A stretch of 48,069 nucleotides of DNA. It comes from an uncultured Candidatus Saccharibacteria bacterium (lineage in GTDB: Bacteria > Patescibacteriota > Minisyncoccia > Phycocordibacterales > Phycocordibacteraceae). The number at the start of each line of letters is the position of its first letter. Position 1 is the stretch's first letter. The stretch is from positions 1 through 48,069 of the forward strand of contig CAYQCB010000001.1 of NCBI GenBank assembly GCA_964415875.1. The letters run 5' to 3'. Below, piece by piece: positions 42,719-48,069 of the stretch. The notes under the pieces were generated by a model that saw nothing but the letters and a program-made list of their open reading frames with translations, was not told the origin of the DNA and did no database searches. Made by a program: the position numbers and the translations under genes.

Positions 42719-44932
42719 CTATTTCGCTACCGCGACCGCTTCTTCAAATTTCACTGAGAGCAGTTTTGAAATGCCGTCATTTCCCATCGTGACTCCGTAG
42801 AGAATACCCGCGCGACTCATCGTCTCTCTGTTGTGGGTGATCACAATAAGCTGACTTTTCTTTGCAAGGTTTTCAATCATGTCGCCATAGCGACGACTAT
42901 TGGCTTCGTCGAGAGCAGCATCGGTTTCGTCAAGTATCAAGAACGGTGGCGGGTTCACCTGACTCATAGCAAAAATAAGTGCAATAGAGGTGAGCGCACG
43001 CTCGCCGCCCGAGAGTTGCATGAGTGAACGTACTTTTTTCTTTGGCAGGTTCACGGCAATTTCAATGCCAGGGCGTTGCACATCCTTCTTCTCCTCGCTC
43101 TCCATGCCCTCTTCCTCGTCCTCCTCACCAAGTGTTCCTCGACTCACCTCTTCAAGCACGAGTCGTGCGCCGCCACCATCAAACATGAGACTAAAATACT
43201 CTCCAAAAGAATCATTCACCTTCACCAACCCTTCGGTGAATTGCTTTGCCAGCTCTGTATTCAAATCATCTATGAGTGCTCTCAAGCCATCGGCCGATTG
43301 CGAGAGGTCAGTGAGCTCTCGCGCCAGAAATACCTCTCGCTCCGAGACGTCCTTGTGCTCAGCTCGTATGTCCTCGCCCGTGCCGCCCGCTTCCTCGAGA
43401 CGAATCTTCGTACGCTCAAGCAAGCGTTTGCGATCCTCTTGCGTGCGACGCTCCTCCTCGGGCAGCTGGGAGAGCGGTTCGTAAGAAATAGCAGCGTGTC
43501 CCACAAGCGCATACACTTCCGTTTTATCTCTATCCAGCGCACCATTCAAAAGACCTAACTCGTGCGTGCGTGCTTCGCACGCACGCAGAACGCTCTCTGC
43601 ACTTGCCTTTGCTTGCGCCAAATCGAGAATGCGGCGCCGCACCTCCTTGCCCGTTTCTTCATGCGCCACCATGGCCTCGCGCACTCTGCCCCGAGCAGCC
43701 TCAGCCTCCTCAAGCGTCGCACTTGCCGCCGAAAACTTAACCGCGAGCGCCGCGCGCTTCTGCTCAAGCGCAAGTGCGGAATTCTCCTCTTCGGAGAGAT
43801 ACGCGTCTTGCGGTGCCCCATGCTTTGAAAAAAACAGCGTCATAGCGGAGCGGATAGCGGCAAGCGCCGCACGCAAACCCTCACGCTCCTCTCCGGCAGT
43901 GTCAGTTTGCCGCAAGACCTCTTCATGGAGCGCCTGTAATTCTTCACGAGGAACCTTTGCATACGGGTCACGTGCTGCTACCTGCGCACGACGCTTCACT
44001 TCTTCAAGCGCGCCCTCAATACGCCCTATCTCGCGCGAAAGCAGCGCCTTCTCAGAAAGTGCATCTGACACGCGCGTTTCCGCGCTGCGCAGAGCCTCAC
44101 TCCGCTGCACCGTCTCCGCATCCGCCTGGCTCGGGTCGGCAACTCGATTAAGTTCCGCGCTTGTCGCCGTGAACTGCTCTTGGGCTTCTTGCTGTTGTGT
44201 TTCAATGCGTTTTTTCTCAGTGGCGAGGTAGAGATCTTCTATAGCAAAGTACGTCTGCGCAAGTGCGCTCAACTCTTTACGCAACGCGTCGGCACGCTCG
44301 AGCTTTTCCACTTGTTTCTCAAGAAAGCGCAAGTGAGGCGTAAGCTCTCGGCGCAGAGACTCGACGCGACTGATGTTTTCTGAAGTCTTCTCAAGCTTCC
44401 GGAGCGCTTCCTGTTTTTTAAATTCATAGAGGCGAAGCCCCAGAGCGTCCTCGAGCATGGCTCGTCGGTCTCGCGGACTGGAAAGCAAAATACGATCCGC
44501 TTCGCCTTGCGAAATAATGTGGTGGCCCGTGTCCCCAATGTTAGCTCCAGCCAGAAGCTCTTCAATATCGCGCAGCCGCACGCGCGTGCCGTTTATCGAG
44601 TACTCGCTCGTGCCATCGCGAAAGACGGCGCGCTCAATACTCACCTCATCAAAATCAATTTTAAATGTGCGCTTTGTATTATCAAAGACAATGGCGACGG
44701 CAGCGCGGTTTGCTCTCGGTATGGAGTGCGACCCGCCCCAGATAAGGTCTTCAGTGCGCTTCCCGCGCATGCTTTTCATGGACTGCTCGCCGAGCGCAAA
44801 ACGAAATGCCTCAGCTACGTTCGATTTACCGGAGCCGTTTGGCCCCACCACGGCAGTGGTGGCTGTCGAGAAGTCCAGAACCGTTTTCTTGGCGAAGGAT
44901 TTAAATCCGGCGATTTCAAGTCGCTTCAGCAT
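42719..44932 (-). CDS. smc: SMC-family ATPase, short form without a recognisable hinge
   Basis: N-terminal head LEIAGFKSFA...VVGPNGSGKSN. C-terminal head LSGGERALTSIALIFAM, FLILDETDAALD, LIVITHN, ILYGVTM. Only 737 aa. Confidence 0.75.
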   Translation of the reverse strand: MLKRLEIAGFKSFAKKTVLDFSTATTAVVGPNGSGKSNVAEAFRFALGEQSMKSMRGKRTEDLIWGGSHSIPRANRAAVAIVFDNTKRTFKIDFDEVSIERAVFRDGTSEYSINGTRVRLRDIEELLAGANIGDTGHHIISQGEADRILLSSPRDRRAMLEDALGLRLYEFKKQEALRKLEKTSENISRVESLRRELTPHLRFLEKQVEKLERADALRKELSALAQTYFAIEDLYLATEKKRIETQQQEAQEQFTATSAELNRVADPSQADAETVQRSEALRSAETRVSDALSEKALLSREIGRIEGALEEVKRRAQVAARDPYAKVPREELQALHEEVLRQTDTAGEEREGLRAALAAIRSAMTLFFSKHGAPQDAYLSEEENSALALEQKRAALAVKFSAASATLEEAEAARGRVREAMVAHEETGKEVRRRILDLAQAKASAESVLRACEARTHELGLLNGALDRDKTEVYALVGHAAISYEPLSQLPEEERRTQEDRKRLLERTKIRLEEAGGTGEDIRAEHKDVSEREVFLARELTDLSQSADGLRALIDDLNTELAKQFTEGLVKVNDSFGEYFSLMFDGGGARLVLEEVSRGTLGEEDEEEGMESEEKKDVQRPGIEIAVNLPKKKVRSLMQLSGGERALTSIALIFAMSQVNPPPFLILDETDAALDEANSRRYGDMIENLAKKSQLIVITHNRETMSRAGILYGVTMGNDGISKLLSVKFEEAVAVAK

Positions 44933-45044
44933 GTGCTCCAGTATACAATGACCCGCTCAACTCGTGATGCGACTACCTCTTCACCGCAACGCTTCGCAGC
45001 GCAAACACTTCCTCGATCACGTTGCCAGACACTTTCCACGCCGC

Positions 45045-45740
45045 TCACCACCCGCGTGCAAGCAACCCCGCGTGAGCGGCCGACTGCTCTGCTTCCTGTT
45101 TGCTCTGCCCTTCTCCGCGAGCAATCTCTTCCTTCCCGATGAACACGCCGACTGTGAAGTGCTTGTCGTGATCGGGTCCCGCCTCGGCAAGCGTCTCGTA
45201 GTTAGGTGTAATGCCCTGGTGCTCTTGCGCTGCTTCTTGGAAACGACTCTTTGCGTCCTGGTACGAACGCTTCGCGATAACGTCATCAATTTTCCCGTAC
45301 AAATTGTGTGCGATAAATTTCTCTGCGGCGGCAAACCCTTGGTCAAGGTAGATGGCACCGATAATCGCTTCAAAAGCATCCGCCAAGATGACGTCGCGTG
45401 CTCTCCCCGTGTCGCGCGACTCGCCTTTTGAGAGCAATAAATAATCATTGGCTCCGATCAGTTGTGCGCTCTGTGCAAGCGAAACCGTGTTCACGAGCGC
45501 GGAACGAAATGCCGTGAGCTCGCCCTCCGGTTTTGCCGGAAACTTCTTAAAAAGAAAATCGGTCGCAGCAAGCTCGAGCACAGCGTCTCCCAAAAACTCG
45601 AGACGCTCATTGTGCGAGCCGGCGTGTTCGCGGTGCTCGTTTAAGTACGAACGATGCGTCAAGGCCTCGGCAAGAAGACCGAGGTTGTTAAACGTGACGC
45701 CAATTGAGGAAGCAAAAGTAGTGAAATCAGGCATGAGCAC
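45045..45740 (-). CDS. rnc: ribonuclease III
   Basis: Signature NERLEFLGDAVLEL and a C-terminal dsRBD. Confidence 0.9.
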   Translation of the reverse strand: MLMPDFTTFASSIGVTFNNLGLLAEALTHRSYLNEHREHAGSHNERLEFLGDAVLELAATDFLFKKFPAKPEGELTAFRSALVNTVSLAQSAQLIGANDYLLLSKGESRDTGRARDVILADAFEAIIGAIYLDQGFAAAEKFIAHNLYGKIDDVIAKRSYQDAKSRFQEAAQEHQGITPNYETLAEAGPDHDKHFTVGVFIGKEEIARGEGQSKQEAEQSAAHAGLLARGW

Positions 45741-46626
45741 GGGCGTGGTCGAGTAGCTTCTGCACAGCTGCCGTTACGATGGGGAGCATATCATCATAAA
45801 AATTAAGGTCAATGATGTCCTGCAATCGGAACCATTTTGCGTCGTCGAGCCCACCGCTCTTTTTCAGCTCAAGCGGCTCAAACTCTCCTGCCGCTAGAAA
45901 GAACCAAACGTGCTTACGTACGCGTCCTTTTTCAGGATGGGAGGCAATATATTCGTTTTCTCCCACCTGACTTTCCACTTTCACCGTGAGACCGAGCTCC
46001 TCTTTTGCAACACGCTCTACGCCTGCTTCCGGAGTCGGATCCTGCTCAATGTGCCCTTTCGACAGCGTCCAGTGGCCGAACACATCGTGCACGAGCGCCA
46101 AGTAATACTGACCGTCGTGACGCGCGTAAACCACAGCACCACCCATTTTCTCCAACGGGAGTTCTTCGCGCTTTTTCTTGTGTTCGCTTTTTTCGTTTTT
46201 CCCGGGCTCACCAAGCTCTTTGTAGACAGCACCCAACACACCGTTTACAAAGCGCCCCGAGGAGTCGCCGCCAAAGGTTTTTGCGAGCTCAATCGCTTCA
46301 TTTATGGCCACCTTTGCCGGCACCTGCATACGGTCTGCAAACAGAAGCTCGTACAAGCCGATGCGAAGAATACTTCGGTCAACGGGGGCAATGCGTGCGA
46401 GCGGCCACTCAGGCGCCGCTTTTTCAATCACCAAGTCAATATCCTTCTGCTTGGCAACAACACCGTCTAAAAGCTGCTCCATAAAGGCGAGGTCTGCGTC
46501 TGCCCCGCCAAACTCCTCCGCGTTACGCGCTAAAATAGTGTGCGCATCCTTGTCGGGAGCTTCTGACGTATCCCACTCAAACAATGTTTGGAGAACTACG
46601 GAACGTGCTAGATGTCTGTTTGCCAT
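45727..46626 (-). CDS. nusB: NusB antitermination factor fused to a Nudix hydrolase domain
   Basis: Start MANRHLARSVVLQTLFEWD. NusB core ...AINEAIELAKTFGGDSSGRFVNGVLG. Lys/Glu linker. Nudix-like box GHIEQDPTPEAGVERVAKEELGL. Confidence 0.75.
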   Translation of the reverse strand: MANRHLARSVVLQTLFEWDTSEAPDKDAHTILARNAEEFGGADADLAFMEQLLDGVVAKQKDIDLVIEKAAPEWPLARIAPVDRSILRIGLYELLFADRMQVPAKVAINEAIELAKTFGGDSSGRFVNGVLGAVYKELGEPGKNEKSEHKKKREELPLEKMGGAVVYARHDGQYYLALVHDVFGHWTLSKGHIEQDPTPEAGVERVAKEELGLTVKVESQVGENEYIASHPEKGRVRKHVWFFLAAGEFEPLELKKSGGLDDAKWFRLQDIIDLNFYDDMLPIVTAAVQKLLDHARAHA

Positions 46627-46707
46627 TGAAAGATCTGTTACCTCTTGAGTATAGCAAACAACAAGGCCGCGCAAGCGCGGCCTTGTTGTTTTCCGTGGAT
46701 TATAAAA

Positions 46708-47070
46708 TTATGCCCCGCCGCCGAAACCGCTACGCGCCTTTGGGCGACCACCTGTGGCGACTTTGCCGGCGACTCCCTTTGACGCGAGCACTTCTGCGTT
46801 TGCGTGGTCCGCGTGCGAATGTTCGTGTGTGTGCTCGTGCTCACCTGCCGGCGTGGTGTCGGCACCCTGCACCTTACCCACACGCTTCACCTTCTCGCCC
46901 TTAGGGGCTGCAATTTGCTTGCCGCGATACATGCCCGTCGCCTCATCGAGCGTATGCGGGAGACGGAGTTTCCCCGTCTCTTTGTCGGTCACACTCTTCA
47001 CGCCGTCGAGCGCGTGGTGCGATCGACGGTTATTGGTGTGAGCCCTCGTGTGGCGCATTCGTACTGACAT
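46708..47070 (-). CDS. rpmF: 50S ribosomal protein L32, cysteine-less, with a His-rich C-terminal extension
   Basis: [21 protein letters not shown] start typical of bL32. No CxxC pairs. Tail [13 protein letters not shown]...[14 protein letters not shown]. Confidence 0.7.
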   Translation of the reverse strand: MSVRMRHTRAHTNNRRSHHALDGVKSVTDKETGKLRLPHTLDEATGMYRGKQIAAPKGEKVKRVGKVQGADTTPAGEHEHTHEHSHADHANAEVLASKGVAGKVATGGRPKARSGFGGGA

Positions 47071-47095
47071 AGGAAAGACTCTACCACGACCCCTG

Positions 47096-47128
47096 AAAAA
47101 GGAAAAGGTGGTGCCCGAGAGGCACCAC
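47096..47128 (-). promoter_or_regulatory. stem-loop plus T-rich run directly upstream of rpmF
   Basis: Minus strand reads GTGGTGCC-tctcg-GGCACCAC followed by CTTTTCCTTTTT. Confidence 0.4.
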
Positions 47129-47146
47129 ACTTTACTTCTGGCTCCT

Positions 47147-47476
47147 TTAGTCAACCATAGCGCCGAGCAGAAACTGCTCCAGCCGCTCGAGTGTCGCAGC
47201 TGGATTCACCTCATTCAGTTTCCAGCGAGGACACGCGCCTAGAGGACGATTGCCCTCAAAAGGACAGGTTCCCGTTTTGTCGTGCACGCAAATCACGCAC
47301 AATTGCGCTTGAGCCGGATCCGCGCCACGGCTCAAGATTTCGAGGGCGTGTGTCGGATTGCGCAGATATTCGATCTGCTGCTCCATGCTCACTTGCATCC
47401 GTTGCTCGTCATGACGAGCTGCTTCAGGATATAAGACTCTAGGCATACGCACCTCCCCAAAAGAACCATATTCCAT
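47147..47476 (-). CDS. hypothetical Cys-rich protein in the position usually held by YceD/DUF177
   Basis: 109-aa ORF (alternative start MPRV at 47446) with [26 protein letters not shown]. Support is synteny with rpmF only. Confidence 0.4.
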   Translation of the reverse strand: MEYGSFGEVRMPRVLYPEAARHDEQRMQVSMEQQIEYLRNPTHALEILSRGADPAQAQLCVICVHDKTGTCPFEGNRPLGACPRWKLNEVNPAATLERLEQFLLGAMVD

Positions 47477-47520
47477 ATGCGCGCAAACATGCGCAAGCCT
47501 CTATTTTACCACAAAATCAC

Positions 47521-48069
47521 TCATTTCACAAAGTGAATAAAACTTCTACGGTGGATTTCTGACAGACCGTGGACTCGAAGTGCGTCACAGTGCGCTTTGG
47601 TCCCATATCCTTTGTGCTTCTCAAAACCGTATGCTGGAAACTCTTTGGCGAGCTCTACCATGAGCCGATCTCGCGAGACTTTTGCGGCAATTGAGGCGAG
47701 CGAGATGAGTGGGACAGAAGCGTCGCCGCCGATGATGGTGCGTTGAAGATACGCAGACGGCGCGCGAAGCGCGCCGTCTAAAAAGACTTCTGCAAAGCTC
47801 GCGTCCGGTGCCAAACGCGCAACGCCCCGCGCCACGGCTTCACGTATCACCACAGCAATTCCCTTTTGGTCTATGGCCGCGGCGCTCTCAAATTCAACTA
47901 CAAACTGCACGTCGCCCCTTATGGCACGCTCCTCAAGAAGGACAAAAATCTGTTCCCGCTTCGCCTCAGTGAGTTTTTTTGAGTCAGCAACTCCAGGAAA
48001 CTCAGCGGCCACATCGAACCCAACTGGCGCCATTACCACGCCGACAGACACCGGCCCTGCAAGCGGCCC
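47521..48069 (-). CDS. rnhB: ribonuclease HII, N-terminus cut by window end
   Basis: The frame stays open to the window edge, where it reads GPLAGPV. DSKKLTEAKRE. C-terminal HKGYGT...H. Confidence 0.85.
   Translation of the reverse strand, partial: GPLAGPVSVGVVMAPVGFDVAAEFPGVADSKKLTEAKREQIFVLLEERAIRGDVQFVVEFESAAAIDQKGIAVVIREAVARGVARLAPDASFAEVFLDGALRAPSAYLQRTIIGGDASVPLISLASIAAKVSRDRLMVELAKEFPAYGFEKHKGYGTKAHCDALRVHGLSEIHRRSFIHFVK

Noticed and set aside
1-48069. I looked for CRISPR arrays, tRNA/rRNA genes, IS elements, integrases, prophage genes and stop-codon recoding.
   Set aside because: I saw no regularly spaced direct repeats, no GGTTCGAATCC-type T-arms in the intergenic gaps, and no transposase or integrase motifs in any ORF. 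All well-supported genes close on standard stops, including TGA. A tRNAscan/Infernal run is still advisable.

Overview
This is a gene-dense, GC-rich bacterial chromosome segment that reads cleanly with the standard code; UGA acts as a stop, for example in ATGA start/stop overlaps. I recognised no rRNA, tRNA, CRISPR array, transposase or integrase. Most of the content is housekeeping: purF (5' end cut by the window), an FAD-linked oxidase, a MacA/MacB-type ABC efflux trio, an RRM RNA-binding protein, a HIT protein, prmC, hisS, a DEDD exonuclease, a DsbA-like oxidoreductase and a UvrD-type helicase-nuclease. It also holds an uninterrupted rpoB-rpoC-dnaG-rpoD string, trmD/KH/rpsP, RNase R, a short SMC-like ATPase, rnc, a NusB-Nudix fusion, rpmF and rnhB (cut by the window end). 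Compact RNAP subunits, a cysteine-less tailed L32, a tailed S16 and an archaeal-type signal peptidase suggest a reduced Patescibacteria/CPR-like monoderm genome, but this is inference only. Items worth a second look: (1) An 80-104 nt palindromic element occurs twice, once translated in frame inside prmC and once intergenic. Its two copies differ only by compensatory stem changes plus one loop change. (2) A four-gene operon pairs a SipW-type signal peptidase with three TasA/camelysin-fold paralogues carrying a nested beta-helix, a lamin-tail domain, or an FN3 domain plus a membrane anchor. This looks like an undescribed surface-fibre system. (3) A secreted beta-helix/LCAT-like lipase is translationally coupled to two paralogous membrane proteins. 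(4) An ORF-poor island holds a promoter-to-terminator unit of about 300 nt that matches none of the classic RNAs I can recall. (5) A hinge-less mini-SMC, the NusB-Nudix fusion and tailed ribosomal proteins. All family calls rest on motifs read by eye; no searches were run.
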